From the IMG/VR virus record IMGVR_UViG_3300013947_000024, positions 65,561-129,560 of that record: DNA of 64,000 nt, one strand, 5' to 3'. This DNA is from a virus. Lineage: Duplodnaviria; Caudoviricetes. Shown piece after piece: positions 1-9,578 of this stretch. Position 1 is the stretch's first letter. Each line of letters begins with the position of its first letter. A model generated the notes under the pieces. It was not told the DNA's origin and did not search any database. It saw only the letters and a list, made by a program, of their open reading frames with translations. The translations under genes were made by a program, and so were the position numbers.

Positions 1-2
1 CC

Positions 3-644
3 AACGATGCTCTGAAAGCTACTAACGGTCGTTTAACGGAACAGCTCGAAAAGGCAAATACCCATGTAGGAGACTTGAAGAAAGCAAACGCGAGATTGCT
101 TGAATCGAAACGACGCGACGCCGCCAATAACGGCAAAGCACTGAATGAAAGCCTTGACAAGAGTAATGCAAAAATTGCGGAACTCCAAGAAAAGATCAAG
201 ATCCTTGAAGAGGCAGCGCGTAAAGATGATTCGACCGATAAGGTGCGGAAGCTAACAGAAAGCATTTCCGAATTAAAGAAAGACGCAACGATCAAGAGTA
301 ATGAATACTCGAGAAAGATTGCAAAAGCAAACTCTCTTACAGAACAGTATAAGAGTGTTGCTAACATGGCGGTTGATAAGTATATCAATTGTCAAGCGGT
401 AAAACTTGGAATCGAAGCCGAAGAGATTAAGAGTCGACTTTCTGAAAATTATTCTCTTGAGGATATTGACAGATTGTGCGAAGCTATTCAGTCTCAGCAG
501 GCAAGAGATAACAGGTTACCATTTAACACCAAATCAAACAAATTATCCATTAAAGTGTCTGCTCCTAAGAAGGATAACTCCTACGGAGAATACGATGACA
601 CAGTGGATGACAATCTGCTCTATTTAGCGAGCAGATATTCGTAA
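3..644 (+). CDS. Prohead core scaffold protein, C-terminal part (5'-truncated by window edge)
   Basis: The frame is open from base 3. Long coiled-coil, located directly upstream of the major capsid gene (T4 gp22 position). Confidence 0.65.
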   Translation, partial: NDALKATNGRLTEQLEKANTHVGDLKKANARLLESKRRDAANNGKALNESLDKSNAKIAELQEKIKILEEAARKDDSTDKVRKLTESISELKKDATIKSNEYSRKIAKANSLTEQYKSVANMAVDKYINCQAVKLGIEAEEIKSRLSENYSLEDIDRLCEAIQSQQARDNRLPFNTKSNKLSIKVSAPKKDNSYGEYDDTVDDNLLYLASRYS

Positions 645-668
645 AATTAGAAAGGATAAATTTTTATC

Positions 669-2018
669 ATGGAAAGAATCAATCTTCTTGAAGCATACAA
701 GTCGAAGCTCTCTCTTGCAGAGTCCGTGTATGCAAAGACTCACAACGGCGAGACCGCTCCTATGGCGGTTAAACTTGCTACCGCAAAATCCATCCAGACT
801 GTTACCAAGTTCCTGAATGAGAACCTTGCCAGCCTTGGTGCTACCCAGCTTGGCGATATGGGCGCTTTCAAGCGTGCCGTCACCAGCATCACCACCATTA
901 CGCTTCCTTCTCTGATCGCTCCCTCTCTTGTTCATACCATTGCAATGCCCTCTCGTGCAAGCTCTTTCGTTTACATGGAGATCGTTGCTGGTTCGAATAA
1001 GGGTGGGGTGAAGAAGGGCGACCTTATCAACAACCCCTTCGCTCTTGGCAACATTGAGTCTGACTACTCGGGTGCAAGAGTCGTCGAGGATGTTACCCTT
1101 GACGCAGAGACGAAGGCTCAGCTCGCTTGGTCTCCTGTCCTCCTTACCTCCGATAACAAGCTCCTTGCTGGTTATGACGCTGACGGCAACGAGATTGCTG
1201 TGACTCTGACCTACAATGGTGCGGCTGTTACCTATACCGCTACGGCTGATGGTGTTATCACCGTTACTGCTGGTGCGGCGGCTACGAATGTTCTGAAGGT
1301 TAAGTATATCTACGACAACGCGTTCATTCCTGCTCGTGACATTCCTACCATCACCGCTCGTGAGAGAAATATTCCTCTGTATGCTAAGGTTCGCAGACTT
1401 GCTATCTACTACAGCCAGCTCGCCGCGTTCCAGAGCAAGCAGGACTATGGTATGGATCTCGAGAAGACGCTCTCTACTCAGGCGGTTGCAGAGCTTCAGT
1501 ATCAGATCGACACCGAAGTTTGTGATATGCTCGTTGATGGCGCTACCGAGGAAGCCGCTCTCGTTTGGAGCAAGACTCTCCCGATCGGTGTGTCGAAACG
1601 CGACCACTTTGATGGTTTTAGCGAGATGATTTCTCTTGCTCGTTCTATCGTGTTTAAGAGAACTCAGAAGTATGCTCCAAACTGGATGCTTTGCGCTCCC
1701 GATGTTCTCCCTGTCCTTAAGATGGTTACTGGCTTCCGTGCGGCTCCCGCGTCTGTGATGGCTGGTCCGTATCTTGCTGGCGAGATCGACGGCATGAAGG
1801 TGTTCGTGTCTGCTCATCTTGAGGATGGTGTGTACTGCTTCGGTGCTCAGTACCCCGAGCTTCAGGCAAACTGCGGCGTCCTTGCTACCTACATGCCTAT
1901 CGTTCCCACGATGCTTGTTATGGGTCCCGATGGTGGCGCTACGCAGGGCTTCTCCTCTATGTACGACTGTAAGGTTCTTAACCCCCTGCTCCTCGTCAAG
2001 GGTAGAATCACTGCCTAA
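669..2018 (+). CDS. Major capsid protein, T4 gp23-like
   Basis: AKVRRLAIYYSQLAAFQSKQDYGMDLEKTLSTQAVAELQYQIDTEV resembles the gp23 core (AKSRxLKAxYS..D....GMD.E..LS....EI..EI.REV). 449 aa with strong codon bias. Confidence 0.93.
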   Translation: MERINLLEAYKSKLSLAESVYAKTHNGETAPMAVKLATAKSIQTVTKFLNENLASLGATQLGDMGAFKRAVTSITTITLPSLIAPSLVHTIAMPSRASSFVYMEIVAGSNKGGVKKGDLINNPFALGNIESDYSGARVVEDVTLDAETKAQLAWSPVLLTSDNKLLAGYDADGNEIAVTLTYNGAAVTYTATADGVITVTAGAAATNVLKVKYIYDNAFIPARDIPTITARERNIPLYAKVRRLAIYYSQLAAFQSKQDYGMDLEKTLSTQAVAELQYQIDTEVCDMLVDGATEEAALVWSKTLPIGVSKRDHFDGFSEMISLARSIVFKRTQKYAPNWMLCAPDVLPVLKMVTGFRAAPASVMAGPYLAGEIDGMKVFVSAHLEDGVYCFGAQYPELQANCGVLATYMPIVPTMLVMGPDGGATQGFSSMYDCKVLNPLLLVKGRITA

Positions 2019-2058
2019 TTTTGAGTTTTTACTTGAAATTGCGTAAGTAAAATCATAT

Positions 2059-2095
2059 ATAGTAGTGTGAGGGGAGAAATCCTCTCCACTACTAT
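2059..2095 (+). terminator. GAAA-capped stem-loop after the capsid gene
   Basis: atagtagtg-t-gagggga-GAAA-tcctctc-cactactat. Confidence 0.55.
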
Positions 2096-2144
2096 CAATA
2101 TGTTCCACAAGCCGTGTTAGGCAGAGGAATACCAAGGAAAACAA

Positions 2145-3641
2145 ATGACTTTTGAAAGCGCAAAGAAAAACTTTTCGAAGGAGTTCCTTGAAGATAAATA
2201 TCTTGCACAAGGACTGTCCAAGGAAAATCTTGCAAAAGAAATTGGAATATCTCTCTGTTTGTTGAATCATCTTTTGTCTTGCTATGACATTAAGAAATCA
2301 CAGGAAGACATTAAGAAGCAGTCTCTCACTGGTTTAATGAGGCGAGCGCAGAAGCGAAGAGATGTGGCAGAAGAAACTCTGTCTAACATTGACAGAGATG
2401 AGCTTTACAGGCTTTACATCGTAGAGAATGCTCGCTATGAAGATATAGCAAAACATTACGGTGTTTCCTGCTATAGGCTTGATAAGATTTTGGCTGAATA
2501 CGGCATCCATAAGAGCAAGAAGCAGGCACATATTCTTACAACAGAGACAAATATTAAGAAACACGGCTCTATTGAAGCATATCATAAGCAAGCAAGAGAG
2601 AGCGCCGTTAAGACGATTCTGAAAAAGAGTGGGTCTCTTGAAGAACATTATGCGAATGTCGCCAAGAAAATGTCTGCTACCAAGGAAGAGCGTTATGGCT
2701 CTCGGCATTACTACAATGTCGATGGTATGCGCAAGACTTGCTTGGAGAAGTACGGTGTCGAGGCTCCTTGTATGCTCCCACAAGTCCGTATGCACGGGAA
2801 TGACTCTAAACCGAATAAAGAGTTTGAAGAGCTTTTGATTGCTAACGGAATTGAATATGAGCGAGAATTTGCTCTTGGAAGTTATTCATATGATTTCCGT
2901 ATCGGAAAGATTCTCATAGAAATCAATCCTACCGCCACGCATAATTCTTCTTATTCTCCGTTCCCCGATAGAACACCGACGGACAGTCGATACCACGAAA
3001 AGAAAACGACCTACGCAAGAACGCACGGTTTTCGTTGTGTCAATGTGTGGGATTGGGATGATAAAGATAAGGTTGTTTCGCTCTTGCAAAAGAGACAGAA
3101 GATAAACGCAAGAGATTGTGAAATTGTCTCTATCTCACAGAACGAAGCGTCTGACTACCTAAATAAGTATCATCTTCAAGGATATGCAAAGGACGAGATT
3201 AGATTTGCTCTTACATATCATGGAGAGATTGTTCTCGTGATGACATTTGGAAATCCTCGCTACAACAAGAAGTTTGATTATGAGTTAATTAGGCTTTGTT
3301 CTCATTGCTATGTTGTTGGAGGGGCAGAAAAAGTATTTTCGTACTTTCTACGAACATATTCTCCTACATCCGTTGTTAGCTATTGTGACTTTTCAAAATT
3401 CAACGGCGATGTCTACGAGCGACTTGGGTTTCGGTTTGAGGATTATTCTGTGGGAAAACACTGGTACAACCCAAGAACTGGAAGACATATCACCGATGCT
3501 CTTCTTCGCGCCAGAGGAGCCGACCAATTGCTTGGTACTGATTACGGTATTGGCGCAGACAATAAGGGTATTATGCTGTCTGATGGCTTCGTAGAAATCT
3601 ATGACGCCGGGCAGGCAAGATATACATACATAGCTCATTAA
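2145..3641 (+). CDS. Free-standing homing-endonuclease-like protein (Hef-like: Vsr/DUF559-type nuclease domain plus C-terminal domain)
   Basis: N-terminal HTH repeats, KTCLEKYGV repeat, YSYDFRIGKILIEINPTATH nuclease motif, and C-terminal YHLQG...MTFG.PRYNK..YEL.R...VVGGA.K signature. Inserted between head genes. Confidence 0.75.
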   Translation: MTFESAKKNFSKEFLEDKYLAQGLSKENLAKEIGISLCLLNHLLSCYDIKKSQEDIKKQSLTGLMRRAQKRRDVAEETLSNIDRDELYRLYIVENARYEDIAKHYGVSCYRLDKILAEYGIHKSKKQAHILTTETNIKKHGSIEAYHKQARESAVKTILKKSGSLEEHYANVAKKMSATKEERYGSRHYYNVDGMRKTCLEKYGVEAPCMLPQVRMHGNDSKPNKEFEELLIANGIEYEREFALGSYSYDFRIGKILIEINPTATHNSSYSPFPDRTPTDSRYHEKKTTYARTHGFRCVNVWDWDDKDKVVSLLQKRQKINARDCEIVSISQNEASDYLNKYHLQGYAKDEIRFALTYHGEIVLVMTFGNPRYNKKFDYELIRLCSHCYVVGGAEKVFSYFLRTYSPTSVVSYCDFSKFNGDVYERLGFRFEDYSVGKHWYNPRTGRHITDALLRARGADQLLGTDYGIGADNKGIMLSDGFVEIYDAGQARYTYIAH

Positions 3642-3676
3642 AAAAAAATTAATACATGAGAGAGAGGATTAAAATC

Positions 3677-4132
3677 ATGGCATCTACACTTACTATTGCA
3701 AATCCCCAGCTTCTGAAGATTAAGAATGAGGGCGACGCTCCTGTTACCTTCGTCCCTTATCGTGAGAGCGCGGTTTACACCGTTGAGGCTGGCAAGACCA
3801 TTGAGCTTGAGGCGGCTACTGCTGGTCAGGCTCTGTACTACCTGAAGCAAGCTATCGGCGACCTTGCTGTTACGCAGATTGAGGCGTTTGACGCGGCTTC
3901 GGCTGACATCACTGTAATTGATCTTCCTGCTACTGTTACTATTAAGAACGGTGGCGAGAAGGATCTTGCTTTTGTTCCTTATCGTGAGAACTTCGGTGAG
4001 GTTCTTAAGGCTGGCGATTCTATTGTTCTTCCTGCTTCTACTGTTGGTCAGGTTCTTTACTACCTGAACCTCAACAGATATGGCTTTACTGTTACTCAGG
4101 AAGCCGAGAAGGTTGCGGAAGACGGCGAGTAA
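3677..4132 (+). CDS. Probable head decoration protein with tandem duplicated domain
   Basis: Two repeats IKNxGxxxxxFVPYRE...AG..I.L.A.T.GQ.LYYL. Capsid-like codon bias; RBS gagagg before ATG 3677. Confidence 0.55.
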   Translation: MASTLTIANPQLLKIKNEGDAPVTFVPYRESAVYTVEAGKTIELEAATAGQALYYLKQAIGDLAVTQIEAFDAASADITVIDLPATVTIKNGGEKDLAFVPYRENFGEVLKAGDSIVLPASTVGQVLYYLNLNRYGFTVTQEAEKVAEDGE

Positions 4133-4145
4133 TTAAATACCGCGT

Positions 4146-4177
4146 GGCGGACGGGCGAACAACTCGTCCGCCTATTT
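4146..4177 (+). terminator. Intrinsic terminator
   Basis: ggcggacggg/ctcgtccgcc stem followed by tattt. Confidence 0.6.
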
Positions 4178-4201
4178 CACTAATAGGAAGGTAGGCTTAT
4201 C

Positions 4202-4912
4202 ATGGATAGAAAAGCGTTCAAAGACGAAATCGCATTTAGGCTTACTGGCGGTGTGCTACAACTTGAATTAGACGATGTAGCTCTTGATAATGTCTTAAAT
4301 GCGGCGTTTAGAGAGGTGCAGAGATATATCGACACCACAAAGATTGTCACAATCCCATTTCAAAGATGTATCGACTTAAAAGGCGCTAAAGTTAGTGCGG
4401 TGTCTACTGTCATGCGGGCAGACCCGAGAGGCGGTGGATTCACGAATTATGGGGCTTCTATGTCAGACCCTATTACAGCGTCTATGTGGCAAATTATGTC
4501 GGGTGGAGCAATGCATAATGTTGCAAATTTTGTGTTAAATTATGCGTCATATAATACTCTGCTACAAATAAGAAACACGGTGTCAACCGACTTAGACTTT
4601 TATTACGATAAGTCGTCCGAGCAATTGTATATCAATGTGTTGGATTCACAACCGCCTTATATCACAATTGAATTCGTCCCGAGATACGATGATGTGTCAG
4701 AGGTTGTGTCTGATTACTGGATTGATATAATTATGCGAATGGCTGTTGCTCTTGCAAAAGTAACGCTCGGTCGAATTCGTTCAAGATATAAACAGACAAA
4801 TGCTTTGTGGGAAAATGACGGTGATACTCTTCTTACAGAGGGTAATACCGAACTGTCAGAACTACGTAGCATGTTGTCGTCAAATGCGAATGTCACATAC
4901 CCGTTAGACTAA
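4202..4912 (+). CDS. Neck/head-tail adaptor protein (gp13-like)
   Basis: N-terminal RL.GGVLQLEL motif and C-terminal AL.K..LG.IRS.Y........DG..L..EG..EL motif typical of gp13-like proteins; gene position. Confidence 0.75.
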   Translation: MDRKAFKDEIAFRLTGGVLQLELDDVALDNVLNAAFREVQRYIDTTKIVTIPFQRCIDLKGAKVSAVSTVMRADPRGGGFTNYGASMSDPITASMWQIMSGGAMHNVANFVLNYASYNTLLQIRNTVSTDLDFYYDKSSEQLYINVLDSQPPYITIEFVPRYDDVSEVVSDYWIDIIMRMAVALAKVTLGRIRSRYKQTNALWENDGDTLLTEGNTELSELRSMLSSNANVTYPLD

Positions 4913-4933
4913 TTTTCAGAGGAGAAAGATTGA

Positions 4934-7276
4934 ATGTTTACGGAAGAAATTTTTGAAAAACTCCGCGCTCTTAACGAAGAGGTTTTTACTACTGACAAAG
5001 AAGGTATTGAAGACCTTGACGAATTTGAGAAGAATGATGAAGAGAGCACCGAGGTTGAAGTAATCGACGCAGAGGCAGAGAATGAAGACGAACTGAAAGA
5101 CTCTTATGTCGGTCAGGTCATTCTTGACTGTTGCGTTTGCCACTCTAAGATTTTTAGAGATAAGCACAAGATTACTCTTGATGAGACGAGAACTCTTGCC
5201 GATGTTGGTGAGGAGTGCCCGTATTGCTATGCCACCGATGGCTATAAGATTATCGGCGTTGTGTCTGATTTCAACCCCGAGGCAGAAGAGACCGAAGAGG
5301 AAATCGAAATCCGCAAGAAGGAAGAGATGAAAGAAGCTCTTGAAGAAAAGAAGAGAGCGCTTAAAGAATCTTCCGATAGAGTGCTTAATGCTGTCGCCGA
5401 GTATTTCAAGTATCAGGACGACGATCTGATTCGTCTTGTTGCCGATGGACTTGAATCTGTTGACTTCGCCGATGAGGACGATGTTGATAGCGCTATCGAT
5501 AACATGATGATGTATAATGAAGACATTGTCAAGATCATGCTTCATTATACGAACCCCGAGCTTGACGAACAGACCGTTGATGAGTTTTCTGAAGATGTAA
5601 GAGCTATTGCAAGAGAGCTTGCAGAGAGCAAAGAAGATGACGATGCTCTTGATGAGTCTTGGGAACAGAAGACCTTTAAGACAGATGAAGAGCGTAAAAA
5701 GTGGAAAGAAGCTAACAAAGACAAGTACCAGATCGACGATATTTTTGTTAATAACGGCTATGGTGTTGAGTATCGCCCGCTGAAGAAGGTTAATCTTGAG
5801 AAGTGTGGCGAAAAGAAGGGTCTTAGAGAATCCTACGAAGAAGTCGACGAGATTGAGGATATTACCACTGGCGAGCTGTTCAGAGTCTTTGGTGGCGGGT
5901 TCAATACCAGAGATGCTCTTGTGACTGTCGAAGACGCAGAGGGCAAGAGAAAGCGTATTGACATTGGCGATGTAATCAATGGCTATCGTTGGCATAAAGA
6001 TGGCGAGGTCATTCATGAGCCTGTTCTTGAAGAGAGCAAGAAAGAGCTGAAAGAAGCTCCTATGTACGACCTTGTGCCTACCGATGGTAGAGCGTCTTTC
6101 TATGGAAAGGCAAAGGTTATTAAGGACGACGACAGCAAGGACGAAAAGCTGTATTCCTATAATACTCTTGTCGCAGAGTTGAAAGATGGCAAGCCCATTG
6201 TATATGATACTTATTCCGCTACTACACTTCGCCACATCAAGGCTTGGCTGACACAGCACGGATTTAAGGCTGATAGTGCAAAGCAGATTATGCAGGATTA
6301 TGGCGCGCTGAATGAAGCCAATCTGACCGTCGCACAGAGACACAACAGAGAGCTTGATCGTGTCTTTAAGTCGAAAGAGCGTCAGGACGCGAAATTTGCG
6401 AAGTTCCTTAAGGATCACGGATACACAGACGAGCAGATCGAAAAACTTCGTGCAGACGACAAACTTTCCGATGAAATTGCTGATAAGTTTGTAAAAGAAG
6501 GCGAAAAGCCGTCAGATGTTCTTGGTTCTATCCTTAAAGAAGACCTTGGCGAAGATGTCGCGAAGTACCAGAGATGGGTTGACTACGACATGAAGAGATA
6601 CGGAAGAATCTCTGACAAGACCATGGAAGAGGTCACGAAGGCTGGGCTGAGCGTCGTAAAAGACCAGTACGGCGAGTACGAGGTTATTGCCCACGCTCCC
6701 ATTGAAGAGGATCTCGAAAAGGTCGAAGTAGAAACAAAAGACGAGAAGATTGAAGTAAAGCAAGAGGGCGAAAAAGTAGTGGTTGAAGCAGAAAAGAAAG
6801 AGGAAGAGACCATTAAGCCTATGGACGATGAAGTCAAGGCGGAAATCGCTATTGACGCGGCTAAGGCGGAAGATGACGATTTTGTCGATATTGATATTGA
6901 CGAGTTTGATGAAGAAACTTTTGACAAGCTTGGTGAGTCCTATCTGAAGAGAGTGTACAACAACATTGATAGCTATCACACAACGAACGCTTCCACTTCT
7001 GGAAAGACGATTACTCTTGAGGGCGTGATTAAGTTTAAGAGTGGCAACGAAAAGAAGACGGGCTTTGTCTTTGAAGCGGTGAATGTAAACCGCAAGGGCA
7101 AGATCGGCTTCCGTGGTGAGAACTGTCAGATTACGCCTAATAGGAAGGCGTTCCTTATGAGAGGTGGCGTCGACGGTGGTAAAAAGTTTGTCGCCGAATC
7201 TCTTAACTACAACTACCGCGTAGCCACAAAGAATGGCTCGCAGAGAATGTACGGCACAGTAAGAAGTGGAAAGTGA
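4934..7276 (+). CDS. Acidic multi-module internal head (ejected) protein
   Basis: Very acidic. Zn-ribbon (CCVC..CPYC) and several small modules separated by L-x-E motifs (LNE, LKE, LDE, LRE, LEE). Confidence 0.55.
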   Translation: MFTEEIFEKLRALNEEVFTTDKEGIEDLDEFEKNDEESTEVEVIDAEAENEDELKDSYVGQVILDCCVCHSKIFRDKHKITLDETRTLADVGEECPYCYATDGYKIIGVVSDFNPEAEETEEEIEIRKKEEMKEALEEKKRALKESSDRVLNAVAEYFKYQDDDLIRLVADGLESVDFADEDDVDSAIDNMMMYNEDIVKIMLHYTNPELDEQTVDEFSEDVRAIARELAESKEDDDALDESWEQKTFKTDEERKKWKEANKDKYQIDDIFVNNGYGVEYRPLKKVNLEKCGEKKGLRESYEEVDEIEDITTGELFRVFGGGFNTRDALVTVEDAEGKRKRIDIGDVINGYRWHKDGEVIHEPVLEESKKELKEAPMYDLVPTDGRASFYGKAKVIKDDDSKDEKLYSYNTLVAELKDGKPIVYDTYSATTLRHIKAWLTQHGFKADSAKQIMQDYGALNEANLTVAQRHNRELDRVFKSKERQDAKFAKFLKDHGYTDEQIEKLRADDKLSDEIADKFVKEGEKPSDVLGSILKEDLGEDVAKYQRWVDYDMKRYGRISDKTMEEVTKAGLSVVKDQYGEYEVIAHAPIEEDLEKVEVETKDEKIEVKQEGEKVVVEAEKKEEETIKPMDDEVKAEIAIDAAKAEDDDFVDIDIDEFDEETFDKLGESYLKRVYNNIDSYHTTNASTSGKTITLEGVIKFKSGNEKKTGFVFEAVNVNRKGKIGFRGENCQITPNRKAFLMRGGVDGGKKFVAESLNYNYRVATKNGSQRMYGTVRSGK

Positions 7277-7286
7277 GGTAAACAGT

Positions 7287-9083
7287 ATGGCAAGAATTTG
7301 CGAAGAACTGAAAAACCTCATGGAAGCATTTGATGTTGGCGAGGGGCATGAAGAACCCCTCGCAAGCACCGATGTTAAGACGAGACTGCGCCACGCTCTG
7401 ATTGAGGCGGCTTCTGAATTTGACGATGAGTCGGCAGATGTTAAGTCTGTGGAAGCAGTTCTCCAGTCTACAATTGAGCGTGTTACTGGTATGCCTTGGT
7501 ACGAAGCAACGAAGTCTAAGATTGTTTGGGATTTGCTTGAACATCATAGTATCTCACACACTATCGACGATATTCTTGACAATCTGATTACTGTCGAAGA
7601 TGAGAGTGAAAAGGTTGAGGAGAAGTTTGAAGGCAGTCTTACGCAGAAGGAAGCGGCTGAACTTGCTCTTCGTGCCAAGAAAGAAGACCCTTCGGCATAT
7701 GCCGTGCTCTATGGCGTGAGATACCCCAATGAGAGAAGAGCGCACTTCTTCGATCCTGTCTATATCGAAGACGAGAATGAAATGCGTCAGAGAGTTGGTT
7801 CCGCTACAATGGTTTATGCTCTCTATAATAAGAAAGACCCTTTTAAGGAGAGCAAAGAAGACGCAAACGCGCTCATGATGAAGATTGAAAAGCTCTATAA
7901 TCGCTATCATGATTATATCGACGGCGAGTATACGGCGCATAATGAGGTTGAGAGCGATAAGATTATCGACGAGCTTCATGATCTTCTTGTAGAGAACGGT
8001 CTGCGCGATGAAGAAATCGGCTGTATTATCGACGCCATGGATATTGATTATCGCAAGGACTTTGTTCCCGTTGTTCTTAAATGCCTCCACTCCATGAAAG
8101 AAGATGTCGTAAAACAGGGTTCGTACTGGGTAAACAAAGGCAAGGAAGGAACACACGGCAAATTCAAGACGAAGAAAGAAGCCGAGGCTCAAACTCGAGC
8201 AATGTATGCCAGAGGGTTTCGTGAGTCATGGGTTGATAACGCGAAAGTAATTGACAGAAAAGATCTGCCTAAACTCGGTGATAAGAAATATGATAGCGTC
8301 GTTACGGAAGTTAAAAAGATCGACGAAAAAGATGGATATGAAATCTACCGTGTATCGTATACGGAAGAGGGATCGATCGGTCTAAGCGATGATGACTTCA
8401 CGATTGATACGGCGCATTGGGAGTTTGCAGTCCCGAAAAATCGCATTGAAGAGAAGGTATCTCCAAAGGATTTTAATCCAACCATCACGGGCAAGGCATA
8501 TAAAGTGTTCAGAGTGAAGAACGGCAAACTATACCCTCCCATGGTGGCTAATGCTGGCAACGAGGCAACTCCTGTCGGGGTTTGGCTTGATGCTGAAGAG
8601 GGTGAGTTTGCGGGTTTATCAAAGACTGGTCGAATGAAGGTAAAGTCTTCCGGTGGTGGAACACTGGCTTATAGACCAGGATGGCACTTAGGTGATTTGC
8701 CTCTTGCAAAGCAGTTTTACAGAACAAACAAAGAGACTGGCGAGAAAGAATTTCCGAAAGACTTTGTTTGGGCTGAATGTGATTATGTGGCTGATATAGA
8801 CTATCAAGATGAAGCTATGTCTTACGGATATACGCCGAGTGGAAAGTTTCAACATAGTCTTGCTGGACTTCCTAAACTGCCCAAGGGTGGATATTATAGG
8901 TATAGAACAAATCCAAACCCAGATACAGTACCGTGGATTATCACTGGAGCAATGAAAGTAAACAGACTGCTCGACGACAAAGAGGTGGCTAACATTCTTG
9001 CGAGCCATGGAATCGAAGCTCCGAAGCGAGAGGGAGGAGAGAAAACTCTTGCTGACCTCGGGCTTAAACAAGTAGGAGAGTGA
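7287..9083 (+). CDS. Multi-module internal head protein with C-terminal 'LYPPMV...LAYRPGWH' domain
   Basis: RBS gaggt before ATG 7287. Modules separated by hydrophobic-x-E motifs; lies between the neck genes. Confidence 0.55.
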   Translation: MARICEELKNLMEAFDVGEGHEEPLASTDVKTRLRHALIEAASEFDDESADVKSVEAVLQSTIERVTGMPWYEATKSKIVWDLLEHHSISHTIDDILDNLITVEDESEKVEEKFEGSLTQKEAAELALRAKKEDPSAYAVLYGVRYPNERRAHFFDPVYIEDENEMRQRVGSATMVYALYNKKDPFKESKEDANALMMKIEKLYNRYHDYIDGEYTAHNEVESDKIIDELHDLLVENGLRDEEIGCIIDAMDIDYRKDFVPVVLKCLHSMKEDVVKQGSYWVNKGKEGTHGKFKTKKEAEAQTRAMYARGFRESWVDNAKVIDRKDLPKLGDKKYDSVVTEVKKIDEKDGYEIYRVSYTEEGSIGLSDDDFTIDTAHWEFAVPKNRIEEKVSPKDFNPTITGKAYKVFRVKNGKLYPPMVANAGNEATPVGVWLDAEEGEFAGLSKTGRMKVKSSGGGTLAYRPGWHLGDLPLAKQFYRTNKETGEKEFPKDFVWAECDYVADIDYQDEAMSYGYTPSGKFQHSLAGLPKLPKGGYYRYRTNPNPDTVPWIITGAMKVNRLLDDKEVANILASHGIEAPKREGGEKTLADLGLKQVGE

Positions 9084-9089
9084 TGTCTT

Positions 9090-9572
9090 TTGGAAAAATA
9101 CGGAAAGCTATTAGCTCCAGATGCTAAAATCCAAAGACAATATTTCAAAGAGCTTGTTCAATTATACGGAATTCAGGTGATATATAGAGCGCCCAGAGAG
9201 GGAAAGCATTATACCACTTATGCAGAGATAGATAGTAATTATTACGAACCTATTCTTGTGGGGTGTATTTTTGACGAGCACCCCACACAGAAAACGCTAA
9301 AGAAAATCGGGTGGACTTCGGAACTTCAAACGGAGTCCTCCCTCATTAGCGTTCCGTATGATTTGGAAAAGATTCAGGCTGGTGCTTTGTTCATGATTCC
9401 GAGCGGGCTTGATAATGGAAAGGCAAGACTTTTCAGAGTAAAGGTTTTGTCTAACATTATGATTTATCCCGCTTCTATTACATGCGAGATTGTGCCCGAA
9501 TACGAGAATGTATACTCTACTGGCTTAAATGTGGTAAAGAGAGATTCGATGAATGTTTTGAATGAGGAGTGA
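9090..9572 (+). CDS. Head completion/neck protein (gp14-like)
   Basis: ELVQLYGIQVIYR and TLKKIGW motifs; position before the tail terminator. Confidence 0.6.
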   Translation: MEKYGKLLAPDAKIQRQYFKELVQLYGIQVIYRAPREGKHYTTYAEIDSNYYEPILVGCIFDEHPTQKTLKKIGWTSELQTESSLISVPYDLEKIQAGALFMIPSGLDNGKARLFRVKVLSNIMIYPASITCEIVPEYENVYSTGLNVVKRDSMNVLNEE

Positions 9573-9578
9573 TGGAAT

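Noticed and set aside
624-2270. 548-aa minus-strand ORF (also 4916..6418, 6512..7369, 12609..13406 and others)
   Set aside because: Antisense shadows of strongly codon-biased + strand genes; no motifs or RBS.
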